From Flavobacteriales bacterium (GTDB taxonomy: Bacteria > Bacteroidota > Bacteroidia > Flavobacteriales_F > PHOS-HE28): a stretch of DNA of 64,000 nucleotides. The first letter of the stretch is position 1. Each line of letters starts with the position of its first letter. Made by a program: the position numbers and the translations under genes. The stretch lies in the NCBI GenBank assembly GCA_020635675.1, contig JACJZJ010000005.1, forward strand, positions 147,633 to 211,632, read 5' to 3'. Below, piece by piece: positions 50,655 to 59,808 of the stretch. The notes beneath the pieces were generated by a model. That model had not been told where the DNA came from and ran no database searches. It was given only the letters and a program-made list of their open reading frames with translations.

Positions 50655-51521
50655 TCAACGCAGTGCGATGTAGGTGGTACCCAGTCGACGGTCCCCTTTG
50701 ACCACTTCGATCTTGTAGAGTCCGGGCTTCAGTTTCTCCTTCGGATCGTAGACCAACTTCACGCGGTCGTTGCCCGTCGGTGCGGCCTCTCCACCAGCCA
50801 GTAGCGGACCTGGTTCGGCAAAGGTGATGACGCTCACCGCAGGGTCATCTCCATTGATGGTCCGCCCGGCGGGATCGGTGATCCGATAATCCACCTGTCC
50901 GGCCAGGCCGGGCGGCAGCATCATGGTGAGTTGGACCTTCCTGGTCCTTCGGGCCACCACGGTCATCCGTTCCTTCCGGCCCTGGAACGCCTGCAAAAGG
51001 CTCTGGTCGATGGTGGCCTGGTCGGCGGCGAGTTGGTCGATCTGCTGCTTCAGGGCAAGGTTGCGCGCTTCCAATGCGAGCTTCTCCCCGTTCATACGGT
51101 CCAGACCGGAACGTGCCTCCATGAGCTGCTGTTCCAGGACGGCCTTGGCCTGTTGCAGACCTTCCGCATCCTTCTTCCAGCGACCAGCCTCTGCTGCGGC
51201 CCCCTGGAGCCGGTCGATTCGCATGCGCAACCCGGCGACCTCATCCTGTGCGCGGTGGCGTTCGGCTTCCAGTTCAGCCGCGTGCTCTTCCTGTCGGGAG
51301 AGTTCCGTTCTCGCCAGGACCAGGTCCTGCTGCGCGTCCCGTTGTTCGCGCACCATGCGCACATTCTCATTGCGCTGCAGGTCGAGGTCATCGGCCAGGT
51401 CGTGGTTCATGCCCTGTTGATGGAGGTTCCAGCCCAGGGAAAGCGCCAGTAGGATGATCGCGGCGCCGGCGATGAGCTTGGACCTATCGGTCCGGAGGGC
51501 TCGAAGCATGTGATGTTCCAT
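50655..51521 (-). CDS. membrane-anchored coiled-coil protein with C-terminal beta-rich domain
   Basis: Starts at the internal ATG MEHHMLRALR. Has a TM anchor, about 170 aa of Q/E/A/L/R heptad-like sequence, and a 100-aa C-terminal domain. The upstream part of track ORF 50655..52250 is antisense to the adhesin gene. Confidence 0.55.
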   Translation of the reverse strand: MEHHMLRALRTDRSKLIAGAAIILLALSLGWNLHQQGMNHDLADDLDLQRNENVRMVREQRDAQQDLVLARTELSRQEEHAAELEAERHRAQDEVAGLRMRIDRLQGAAAEAGRWKKDAEGLQQAKAVLEQQLMEARSGLDRMNGEKLALEARNLALKQQIDQLAADQATIDQSLLQAFQGRKERMTVVARRTRKVQLTMMLPPGLAGQVDYRITDPAGRTINGDDPAVSVITFAEPGPLLAGGEAAPTGNDRVKLVYDPKEKLKPGLYKIEVVKGDRRLGTTYIALR

Positions 51522-51764
51522 GGCGGTTACAACGGCGGAACGCATAGGTGGATGCGGGAAACCGATGAAGCTTCGGTGAAAGTTCGATGAGACGACGATG
51601 GATCCGGTCGGTGATCGGCCGTGCGGACCAGGTGTGGCCAGGGCACGCCGGCCCGTGTGCGCACGGCGTATTGTCCCGTTCCGTCGACGAATAGTCCAGG
51701 TCCGTCTAATAGCCGGAACCCGTGCGCGGGAGGGGGCGTAGCACCGAGCGAAGACCCCTACACC

Positions 51765-54700
51765 GTGCCCTTCCCCCCGTTCGCCAAAGCACCCCGCTCT
51801 TCCTTCCGACCGCGAACACTGTTCGCCCTGCTTGCGACGCTCAACGTTCTCCTGATCCCCTTTACCGCCCGTGGCACGCACATGTCGGGAGGAGAGATCT
51901 ATTGGAACTGCCTGGGGAACGACCAGTACGAGATCACCCTGGTCGTGTACCGCGACTGCGCCGGGATCGCACTGGACCCTGCCTATGACCTCGACATCAG
52001 CAGTCCCTGTGGCAACATGACCCTGCACGTGACCACACCCGGAGGCGTGGAACTCTCGCAGTTGTGCGACCAGGAGCTTCCCAACAGCACGTGCAACGGA
52101 GGTACACTTCCGGGGATCCAGCAATACATCTACACGGGCACCATCACCCTCCCTCCGTGTGACTCCTGGACCATTTCCTGGACGGAGATCTACCGGAACA
52201 ATGCCATCGTGAACCTGCAGAACCCGGGGCAGCAGGAGATGTACATCCAAGCCACGCTGAACAACACGGTCGCGGCCTGTGATGACTCACCGCAGTTCTC
52301 CAACATCGCGATCCCGTACGTCTGCACCGGCTACCCCGTGAGCTATAGCTACGGTGCCTTCGATCCGGAGGGCGATTCCCTCTCTTACCAGTTGATCAGC
52401 GCATGCGTGGGTGGTGCCACCCCGATCCCGTACGTGACGCCATATTCCCCCACACAACCCATCCCGGGCATCACCCTCGATCCGGTGACCGGTCTTGTGA
52501 CCTTCACGCTCAACACCGCCGGGAACTGGGTGGTGGTGGTGCAGGTGAACGTGTACGACGACCAGGGGAACCTGATCGGCACGGTGATGCGCGACATGCA
52601 ATTCATCGCATACCCGTGCTCCAACCAGCCTCCCGACCCTACAACGGGCACCGTGGCCAACATGCAGGGGGCCGCGACACAGACCGGTCCCTACGCCGTG
52701 GAGGTCTGCGAATCGGGCGACTTCTGCTTCGACATGGTGATCAGCGACCCGAACTCGGCGAACATCCTGAGCGCGACCACCAATGTGCAGCAGAACCTGC
52801 CAGGAGCCACGTTCAGCTATTCGGGAAGCAATCCGATCACCTGCACGGTCTGCTGGACGGCGCAACCCGGATCGTCCGGCTTCTTTCCCTTCATCGTCAC
52901 GGTGAGCGACGGGGCATGCCCGATACAGGCCTTCCAGACCTATGTGTACCAGGTGCACGTGCGTGAGGGGCTCTTCATCGATGCCACCGCCGTGGACGAG
53001 AGTTGCCTCGGGGCTGGCGATGGAAGTGCCAGTGTGAACGTGTTGGCGGGCACACCACCGTACCAGATCACCTGGAGCACGGGAGCCACGGGCACGAGCA
53101 TCACGGCCGGTTCGGGGACCTACACGGTGACGATGGTGGATGCGAACGCCTGCGGACCGACAACGGACACCGTCACCATCGGCGCCGCCTCCCTGCCCGG
53201 CGTCGCCAACGCGGGTCCCGATCTGGTGGGATGTCCGAACGGCCTGCCGATCGACCTGCAAGGCAGCGTATCGAACGCCACCAGCGGTCAGTGGTCGGGA
53301 GGGCTGGGGACGTTCCTCGGGAACGGTCCGAACGTGCAATACATGCCCACTCCGAGCGAGATGGCGTCCGGCGGTATCGACCTGGTGCTCACCACCACGG
53401 GCAATGGAAGCTGCTCCCCGGACGCGGATACGGTCCATGTCACCCTTTCCAATGCGCTGATGAACGCTGCAGTAAGCGCAACGGACGCACTGTGCACGGC
53501 AACAGCCTCGGGCAGCGCCAGCTTCATGCCGAACACACCCACGCTCAACTACCTGTGGAGCGACCCGAACGGGCAGACCACCGCCACGGCCAGCAATCTC
53601 ATGCCGGGCAATTACTCCGTGCAGGTCACCGACGGGCTTGGTTGCGATACCATCATGGCGGTGACGATCAACGCGCCCGCACCTCTTGCGATCGCGCAGG
53701 TGGAGGTGGTGGATGAACCCTGCGCCGGTGCGGGTGGTGGCAGCGTGAGCGTGACCGCCACGGGCGGCACCCCGCCGTACCAATTCACCTGGAGCAACGG
53801 GATGACCGGAGCTGCCATCACGGTGGGTGCAGGGACCTATACCGTATCGGTCACCGACGCGAACGGCTGCGCACCCGCGACCGCAACGGCCACCGTGAAC
53901 GCCACGAGCCAGCCGCCCACGGCCAACGCAGGTCCGGACCTGATCGGTTGCATGGATGCATTGCCTGTTGCGCTTCAAGGCATTGTGACCAATGCGGCGA
54001 GCGGCATCTGGTCGGGCGGAACGGGCTCCTTCACGGGCACCGGGCTGAACGTGCAATACATGCCTTCCAATGCCGAGATCGCCGCAGGGCAGGTCGTCTT
54101 GACCCTGACCACCACCGGTACCACCGGATGCCCAGCGGCAAGCGACCAGGTGATCGTGCAACTGCCCAACAGTTTCCAGAACGCCCAGGTCCAGTCCACC
54201 CCGGCCGCGTGCGCGGCCTCGGCCAATGGCACGGCCACATTCACCCCACAAGGTGCCGGATTCAGCTACAACTGGAACGATCCCGCCGGTCAAACGACCC
54301 CGACCGCGATCGGGCTCCCGGCGGGGAACTACAATGTGCAGGTCACGGATGTCTTCGGATGCGGAACCCTGCTTTCCGTGACCATCGCGGAACCTCCGGC
54401 ATTGCAATTGAGCGGTCCCACGGGAACGAACCCCACTTGCGCCGGTTCGACCAACGGCGCGGCCACGGTCGGAGCTACGGGCGGCACGCCGGGCTATACC
54501 TACCAATGGAGCGCCAATACGGGCGGACAAACGCTTCCGACCGCGACCGCTCTCGGTGCCGGCACCTACGTGGTGGTCGTCACCGATGCGAACGGATGCA
54601 TGGCGCAGGGTTCCACGGCCCTTGCGGCACCTCCCCCTGTCACACTTTCCGCTCAGGTGCCCGCCACGGTCTGTGTGAACGCCCCGGTGCAATTGACGGC

Positions 54701-55907
54701 ACAAGCTGGCGGTGGCCAGGGTGGGTATGTCATCCACTGGGCCAACATCGGCTATGGAAGCCCGATCACCTACTCCTTCCCTTCCACCCAGACCGTGAGC
54801 GTGAGCGTGACCGATGCTGCCGGATGTACCGGTCCCACGCTCACGTTCCCGGTGGACGTGCTCGACCTATCGCTCGCCACGCTCCAGACCTATGGGGACA
54901 CCGTGGTCTGCCCGGGCGGTTCCGCGGAGATCGGCGGTCAGGTGACCAACTATGCGGGCACGGTCCAGCTGTATTGGCCCGGCCTGGGCGTGAACGGCAA
55001 TGGCCCGTTCACGCTGCCCGTGACAGGCGACCAGTCCTATGCGGTGATCGCGACGGACGGCTGTGGCAACACGTTGAACGGCGAGGTGCTGGTGGAACTT
55101 GACACACCTCCCGACGTGGTACTCCCACCCGTGATCGCCGAGGGATGCGCACCGTTGGACGTGGACTTCCCCAACAACATCGTGACCGGTACGTTGAGCT
55201 ATCTCTGGCACTTCGGTGACGGCCAGACATCCACCGCACCCGCACCGTCGCATACGTATCCTGCCGGTACGTTCCCGGTCACCTTGACGGTGACCACACC
55301 GAACGGCTGTTCCTCCACCAGCGCCCAGCCCGGGCTCGTCCTGGCCTACGCCCCGCCGACCGCTGAATTCGACGCCGATCCGTGGACCACGGACTCCGAT
55401 GCCCCGACGATCACGTTCACCAACGCCTCATCGGGCAGCATCGTGAACAACAGCTGGTCCTTCGGGGATGGCGGTACGAGCAATGACATCGACCCGAGCC
55501 ACACGTATCAGAACGCGGGGACGTTCACTGTGCAGCTTGTGGTGGAGGACACCCATGGCTGCACCTCGTCCGCAATGCATGCGGTGACCATCTCACCGGT
55601 ATATGACGTGGTGATCCCCACGGGCTTCACGCCGGACCCCAATGGTGGGAACGGCGGCACCTACGGCGCGAACGACCTATCCAACAACGTCTTCTATCCG
55701 TTCGTGGACGATGTGAAGGACTTCGACCTCCGGATCTACAACCGCTGGGGCGAGCTCGTGTTCGAATCGAAGGATGTGCACATCGGCTGGGACGGCTACT
55801 ACCGAGGCCAGCTCAGTCCGCAGGACGTATACATGGTTCAGCTCTGGGTGAAGTTCGTGGACGACCGCGAACTGACCCGGTACAGCGACCTCACCCTTTT
55901 CCGATAG
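51765..55907 (+). CDS. SprB-like gliding motility adhesin: cadherin-like N-terminus, five SprB repeats, two PKD domains, type B gliding-associated C-terminal domain
   Basis: Signal peptide RPRTLFALLATLNVLLIPFTARG. A DxxDxD cadherin-like motif FDPEGDSLSY. Repeats of GGTPPYxFxWSNGxTGxxITxGAGTYTVxVTDANGC (SprB repeat). PKD motifs WHFGDGQTS and WSFGDGGTS. The C-terminal YNRWGELVFESKD...SDLTLFR is a type B CTD. No in-frame ATG precedes the signal peptide; the start is probably GTG at 51765 (track start 51621 is also a GTG). Confidence 0.85.
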   Translation: MPFPPFAKAPRSSFRPRTLFALLATLNVLLIPFTARGTHMSGGEIYWNCLGNDQYEITLVVYRDCAGIALDPAYDLDISSPCGNMTLHVTTPGGVELSQLCDQELPNSTCNGGTLPGIQQYIYTGTITLPPCDSWTISWTEIYRNNAIVNLQNPGQQEMYIQATLNNTVAACDDSPQFSNIAIPYVCTGYPVSYSYGAFDPEGDSLSYQLISACVGGATPIPYVTPYSPTQPIPGITLDPVTGLVTFTLNTAGNWVVVVQVNVYDDQGNLIGTVMRDMQFIAYPCSNQPPDPTTGTVANMQGAATQTGPYAVEVCESGDFCFDMVISDPNSANILSATTNVQQNLPGATFSYSGSNPITCTVCWTAQPGSSGFFPFIVTVSDGACPIQAFQTYVYQVHVREGLFIDATAVDESCLGAGDGSASVNVLAGTPPYQITWSTGATGTSITAGSGTYTVTMVDANACGPTTDTVTIGAASLPGVANAGPDLVGCPNGLPIDLQGSVSNATSGQWSGGLGTFLGNGPNVQYMPTPSEMASGGIDLVLTTTGNGSCSPDADTVHVTLSNALMNAAVSATDALCTATASGSASFMPNTPTLNYLWSDPNGQTTATASNLMPGNYSVQVTDGLGCDTIMAVTINAPAPLAIAQVEVVDEPCAGAGGGSVSVTATGGTPPYQFTWSNGMTGAAITVGAGTYTVSVTDANGCAPATATATVNATSQPPTANAGPDLIGCMDALPVALQGIVTNAASGIWSGGTGSFTGTGLNVQYMPSNAEIAAGQVVLTLTTTGTTGCPAASDQVIVQLPNSFQNAQVQSTPAACAASANGTATFTPQGAGFSYNWNDPAGQTTPTAIGLPAGNYNVQVTDVFGCGTLLSVTIAEPPALQLSGPTGTNPTCAGSTNGAATVGATGGTPGYTYQWSANTGGQTLPTATALGAGTYVVVVTDANGCMAQGSTALAAPPPVTLSAQVPATVCVNAPVQLTAQAGGGQGGYVIHWANIGYGSPITYSFPSTQTVSVSVTDAAGCTGPTLTFPVDVLDLSLATLQTYGDTVVCPGGSAEIGGQVTNYAGTVQLYWPGLGVNGNGPFTLPVTGDQSYAVIATDGCGNTLNGEVLVELDTPPDVVLPPVIAEGCAPLDVDFPNNIVTGTLSYLWHFGDGQTSTAPAPSHTYPAGTFPVTLTVTTPNGCSSTSAQPGLVLAYAPPTAEFDADPWTTDSDAPTITFTNASSGSIVNNSWSFGDGGTSNDIDPSHTYQNAGTFTVQLVVEDTHGCTSSAMHAVTISPVYDVVIPTGFTPDPNGGNGGTYGANDLSNNVFYPFVDDVKDFDLRIYNRWGELVFESKDVHIGWDGYYRGQLSPQDVYMVQLWVKFVDDRELTRYSDLTLFR
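52985..54640 (+). repeat. intragenic tandem supra-repeat region: two ~705-nt units (52985-53700, 53701-54405) plus a partial third, each unit carrying two SprB repeats
   Basis: The translated units align with each other along their length (ANAGPDLxGC...NVQYMP...LTTTG...C modules). Confidence 0.6.
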
Positions 55908-55911
55908 GCGC

Positions 55912-56913
55912 ATGGGAACACGGCGACCCCTCCTCTTCCTGCTTCTCGCTGCGCCCTGGTCCGGAGCCTTGGCCCAGGACCCCCAGTTCACGCAGAACTT
56001 CGCTGCGCCGCTGTATCTGAACCCGGCGTTGACCGGCAACACCTACCAGGACCGGCTCATCCTGAACTATCGCAAACAATGGCCGGGCATCGCTCCGGGC
56101 TATGATACGTATGCGGTGAGCTACGACCACCGCGCGAGCACGCTGAACAGCGGTTTCGGGGTGATGGCGATGCGCGACGTGGCGGGCAGCAACAGTCTGG
56201 CGTTCACCATGCTCGCAGCGAACTACAGCTACGAGGCGCACATCGACCGGAAGCACGGGATCCGCGGCGGGCTGCGGTTCGCATACACGCGACGGGAGTT
56301 CGATCCATCGAACGTGCTGTTCGCCGACCAGGTGATCCGGGACAATGCGCCCACCTCCATCGAGCCACCGATGATCGAACGCGTACAGTATTTCGATGCC
56401 GCGGTGGGTCTGGTCTACTTCGGCGAGCGCGCCTGGGTGGGTACCTCCTTCAACCACATCAACCGCCCCCAACAAACGCTGCTGAACGGAGGCAACACCC
56501 GGCTGGCGATACGGAGCAGCGTGCATGGCGGCTACCGGTTCCCGCTCGATGGACTGACGATGCGGAAGAGCCGGACGATCCTGACCGCGGCCGCGCATTA
56601 CAAGGCCCAGGACAAATGGGACCAGTTCGACGTGGGTGCGTACATCGAGCACAGGCAGCTCACGGGAGGCATCTGGTACCGCGGCCTGCCGGCCTTGAAA
56701 GCCTACAAACGTGGCTATGCGAACAACGATGCCGTGGCGGTGATGATCGGGTACGAGACCGTCAACCAGTTCACTTTCGTTTACAGCTACGACGTCACGG
56801 TGAGCACGCTGACCATGGCCAGCGCGGGAGCGCACGAGATCAGCATCACCTATGAGTGGCCGGTACGCAAGAAGGCCCGCCGGTATCGCGTGGTCCCTTG
56901 TCCGAAGTTCTGA
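55912..56913 (+). CDS. type IX secretion system membrane protein PorP/SprF family
   Basis: Signal peptide then DPQFTQNFAAPLYLNPALTGN, the hallmark PorP/SprF N-terminus. 4 nt downstream of the type-B-CTD adhesin. Confidence 0.85.
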   Translation: MGTRRPLLFLLLAAPWSGALAQDPQFTQNFAAPLYLNPALTGNTYQDRLILNYRKQWPGIAPGYDTYAVSYDHRASTLNSGFGVMAMRDVAGSNSLAFTMLAANYSYEAHIDRKHGIRGGLRFAYTRREFDPSNVLFADQVIRDNAPTSIEPPMIERVQYFDAAVGLVYFGERAWVGTSFNHINRPQQTLLNGGNTRLAIRSSVHGGYRFPLDGLTMRKSRTILTAAAHYKAQDKWDQFDVGAYIEHRQLTGGIWYRGLPALKAYKRGYANNDAVAVMIGYETVNQFTFVYSYDVTVSTLTMASAGAHEISITYEWPVRKKARRYRVVPCPKF

Positions 56914-58710
56914 TCACATCCGGTCCGGCACCGCGATCCCCAGGCACCACATCACCTTCCGGGTGGTGTTGGCTACGGCTTCACTGATCCTCAAGCGCCG
57001 ATCGCGCCTGGCCGGATCCTCCTCCTTCAATACCGGAACGCTCTGGTAGAAGCTGTTGTACGCCTTCACCACCTCATAGGCGTGATTGGCCAGCCTGCTC
57101 GGATCATAGTGACGGGCGGCATCGTCCAGCACGGCGGGGGAACGGTGGAGCAGCTTGATGATCTCGCGCTCCTCGGGTAGAAGAGGCAAAGTTCCATCCT
57201 TCGAATGGGACCACGCCCCCCTTCCCTCCGCCTTGTTCAACAAGGAGCGGATCCGGGCGTGCGTGTATTGGATGAACGGACCCGTGTGGCCCTGCAGGTC
57301 GATACTGGCCACGGGGTCGAACAGCATCCGCTTCTTTGGATCGACCTTGAGCAGGAAGTATTTCAACGCGGCCAGACCGATCATCTCGAAGAGCGTCGCC
57401 TTCTCCTCCGCCGCGAAATCGTCCAGTTTTCCGAGCTGTTCCCCCGTGGCGCGCGCCTCCCGCACCATTTCCTCCATCAGGTCGTCGGCGTCCACCACCG
57501 TGCCTTCACGGCTCTTCATCCTTCCGCTGGGCAGGTCCACCATGCCATAGCTCAAGTGGTACAGGCCATCCGCCCAGGGAAAACCCATCTTCTTCAGGAT
57601 GGCGAACAGCGTCTTGAAGTGGTAGTCCTGTTCGTTGCCCACCACGTAGATCATGCGCGACAGGCCGGGATGGTCCTTGAACCGTTGGATCGCGGTACCG
57701 ATGTCCTGTGTCATGTACACGCTGGTTCCGTCGCGGCGCAGGAGCACCTTCTCGTCCAGGCCTTCCGCGGTATTGTCGACCCACACGCTGCCGTCCTCCT
57801 TGCGGTAGAACGTTCCCTTGTCGAGGCCTTCGAGCACATCCTGCTTGCCCAGCACATAGGTCTCGCTCTCATAGTAGAGCTTGTCGAACTCCACGCCCAT
57901 GCGGGTGTACGTGGCGCTGAACCCATCGTACACCCAACCGTTCATCTTCTCCCAAAGCGCGCGCACTTCGAGGTCACCTTCCTCCCATTTTCGAAGCATT
58001 TCCTGGGCCTCCAGCAGGATCGGCGCCTCCTTCTCCGCAGCATCCTGGGCGCGGCCTTTTGCCATGAGTTCCTCCACCTCCCGCTTGTAGGCCTGGTCGA
58101 ACTGCACGTAGTACTTCCCCACCAGCTTGTCACCCTTCAACCCACTGCTCTCCGGTGTTTCCCCGCTGCCGAATTTCCGCCAGGCGAGCATGCTCTTGCA
58201 GATGTGGATGCCGCGGTCGTTGATCACCTGGACCCGGACCACCTTGTTGCCCGCGGCCTGGAGGATCCGACCCACGCTATGGCCGAGAAAATTGTTCCGC
58301 AGATGCCCCAGGTGCAGCGGTTTGTTGGTGTTCGGCGAGGAGTATTCCACCATCACCTCCCGGCCGGTCGCTGGAAAGGCAAGGATGTCGTGCTCGAGCG
58401 CTTCACCGAGGAAGCCGTTCCAATAGGCATCGGCGATCACCAGGTTCAGGAAGCCCTTCACCACGTTGAAGCGCTCGACGATATCCACGTGCGCCTGCAG
58501 GTGGGCACCAACGGCCTCGGCGGTCCGCTCGGGTCCCTGACCGCTGAGCTTCAGGAAGGGAAAGACATTGATCGTGACGTCACCCTCGAACTCCGGACGT
58601 GTCGGCTGGAGGACGATCTGTTCAACCACCGGCACCTCCGACCCGAACAACGAACCGAACGCTTCAACGATGGCCGGAACGAGCCGGGCCTGCAGCCTGT
58701 CCTGATGCAT
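56914..58710 (-). CDS. argS: arginine--tRNA ligase
   Basis: HIGH-type motif PNTNKPLHLGHLRN. Class I aaRS. Anticodon-binding DALR domain at the C-terminus. Confidence 0.93.
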   Translation of the reverse strand: MHQDRLQARLVPAIVEAFGSLFGSEVPVVEQIVLQPTRPEFEGDVTINVFPFLKLSGQGPERTAEAVGAHLQAHVDIVERFNVVKGFLNLVIADAYWNGFLGEALEHDILAFPATGREVMVEYSSPNTNKPLHLGHLRNNFLGHSVGRILQAAGNKVVRVQVINDRGIHICKSMLAWRKFGSGETPESSGLKGDKLVGKYYVQFDQAYKREVEELMAKGRAQDAAEKEAPILLEAQEMLRKWEEGDLEVRALWEKMNGWVYDGFSATYTRMGVEFDKLYYESETYVLGKQDVLEGLDKGTFYRKEDGSVWVDNTAEGLDEKVLLRRDGTSVYMTQDIGTAIQRFKDHPGLSRMIYVVGNEQDYHFKTLFAILKKMGFPWADGLYHLSYGMVDLPSGRMKSREGTVVDADDLMEEMVREARATGEQLGKLDDFAAEEKATLFEMIGLAALKYFLLKVDPKKRMLFDPVASIDLQGHTGPFIQYTHARIRSLLNKAEGRGAWSHSKDGTLPLLPEEREIIKLLHRSPAVLDDAARHYDPSRLANHAYEVVKAYNSFYQSVPVLKEEDPARRDRRLRISEAVANTTRKVMWCLGIAVPDRM

Positions 58711-58788
58711 GGGCGCAAAGGTGAAGGTGAAAGCCCAAAGTGGAAAGCCGATGGCGAAAGTCGGAGAGCGGATTTCGGAGGAGCGTCG

Positions 58789-59772
58789 TTACTGGAGGTC
58801 GTGTGAAAGGCAGCTGGGAGCAGGACTTTCCTTCCGCTCCAGGAAGTTCTCGGCCAACATGCATCGCACGCTTCCGCCTCCGACGCGTTCGATGGTGGGA
58901 ATGGGCACGGGCACCAATCGACCGTGGGACCGGAGCGCCATGCGCTGGGTCGGCGTCAGGGCCCGGAACGCAGCTTCCGAAAGAAAGATGTACGACCCAC
59001 CATCACGGGCACTCCGCAATTGCAGCATGTTGCCCACGAACTGCTGCATCTGTTCCAGGGTTATCGGCACGACCGTTCGGCCCGAGCGTTCCAGTTCGGA
59101 GGTGACATCCTCGCGGTCCACGGGATAGGGGATCGCGTCGAGGCAGATCACCGCGAAACCCTCCCCCAGGGCCATCACCACGTTGGTGTGGTAGATCGGC
59201 TGTCCACCCAATGTACCATCGAGGGTGGCGAGGAACGGGACCTGCCCACCCTGCATCACGCCGCACCACGCGTTCAGGGTGCGCTCGGATGTACGGGGAG
59301 AAAGTGCCGCGAAGGCGATGTTCCGTTCCCTGTCCAGCACAAGGCTTCCGGTCCCCTCCAAGAAACGATCATCGCGTTCGAAGGCGCTCAGGTCGACAAG
59401 CTTTCGGACCACGAAACCCTCGCACTCCAGTCGGATATCCATCTCCCTGTCGCGTTCGCTCCTTCGACTTGGTGCGCACATCGGATAGAGCACCACCGTA
59501 CCGTCCCGGTGCGTACTGAACCAATTATTGGGGAAAACGGCGTTCGGTGCCCTAGGGTCCACAGGGTCGAGCACGGTCACGTCGATCCCGCAGCGGTCCA
59601 AGGCCTCCAGAAGCCCGTCGAACTCCTCGAACACCCTGGGCAACAGTTCCGGATCGTGCAAATCGCGCTGGAACGCATTGGTCGGCGCAGTGAGCGGATC
59701 GAAACCGAACCCCGTAGGACGCACCAGGATGACAGAGGAGGCGGACGGATGCACTGGTGCTCGCTCAGCCAT
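58789..59772 (-). CDS. amidinotransferase-superfamily hydrolase (arginine deiminase / DDAH / CtlX-like)
   Basis: Pentein-fold pattern with a C-terminal catalytic Cys region GGGSVRCML. Starts at the internal ATG MAERAPV. Confidence 0.65.
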   Translation of the reverse strand: MAERAPVHPSASSVILVRPTGFGFDPLTAPTNAFQRDLHDPELLPRVFEEFDGLLEALDRCGIDVTVLDPVDPRAPNAVFPNNWFSTHRDGTVVLYPMCAPSRRSERDREMDIRLECEGFVVRKLVDLSAFERDDRFLEGTGSLVLDRERNIAFAALSPRTSERTLNAWCGVMQGGQVPFLATLDGTLGGQPIYHTNVVMALGEGFAVICLDAIPYPVDREDVTSELERSGRTVVPITLEQMQQFVGNMLQLRSARDGGSYIFLSEAAFRALTPTQRMALRSHGRLVPVPIPTIERVGGGSVRCMLAENFLERKESPAPSCLSHDLQ

Positions 59773-59808
59773 GTGTCCCATCATATGGCCCGGCACGACC
59801 GCGGGTAT

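Noticed and set aside
50655-52250. 531-aa minus-strand ORF
   Set aside because: The N-terminal ~243 codons overlap the adhesin 5' region on the opposite strand and have no membrane or coiled-coil features. The real gene starts at the internal ATG at 51521, just before the TM anchor.
52287-54737. 816-aa ORF on the minus strand inside the adhesin gene. Similar long antisense ORFs include 23889..25985 (+698 aa opposite ligA/prmC), 58924..60765 (+613 aa), 57205..58806 (+533 aa opposite argS), 61563..63143 (-526 aa opposite ftsK), 45475..46887 (+470 aa opposite ffh), 5734..6942 and 4689..5789 (opposite desaturase/OMP), 30017..32077 (two ORFs opposite dnaA), 22401..23279, 20853..21818, 18288..19100, 15199..16071 and 9223..9957.
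   Set aside because: Shadow ORFs are typical of ~63% GC DNA. Each lies antisense to a gene whose product matches a well-known family. Their translations are low-complexity (R/G/A/P-rich) and lack recognisable motifs.
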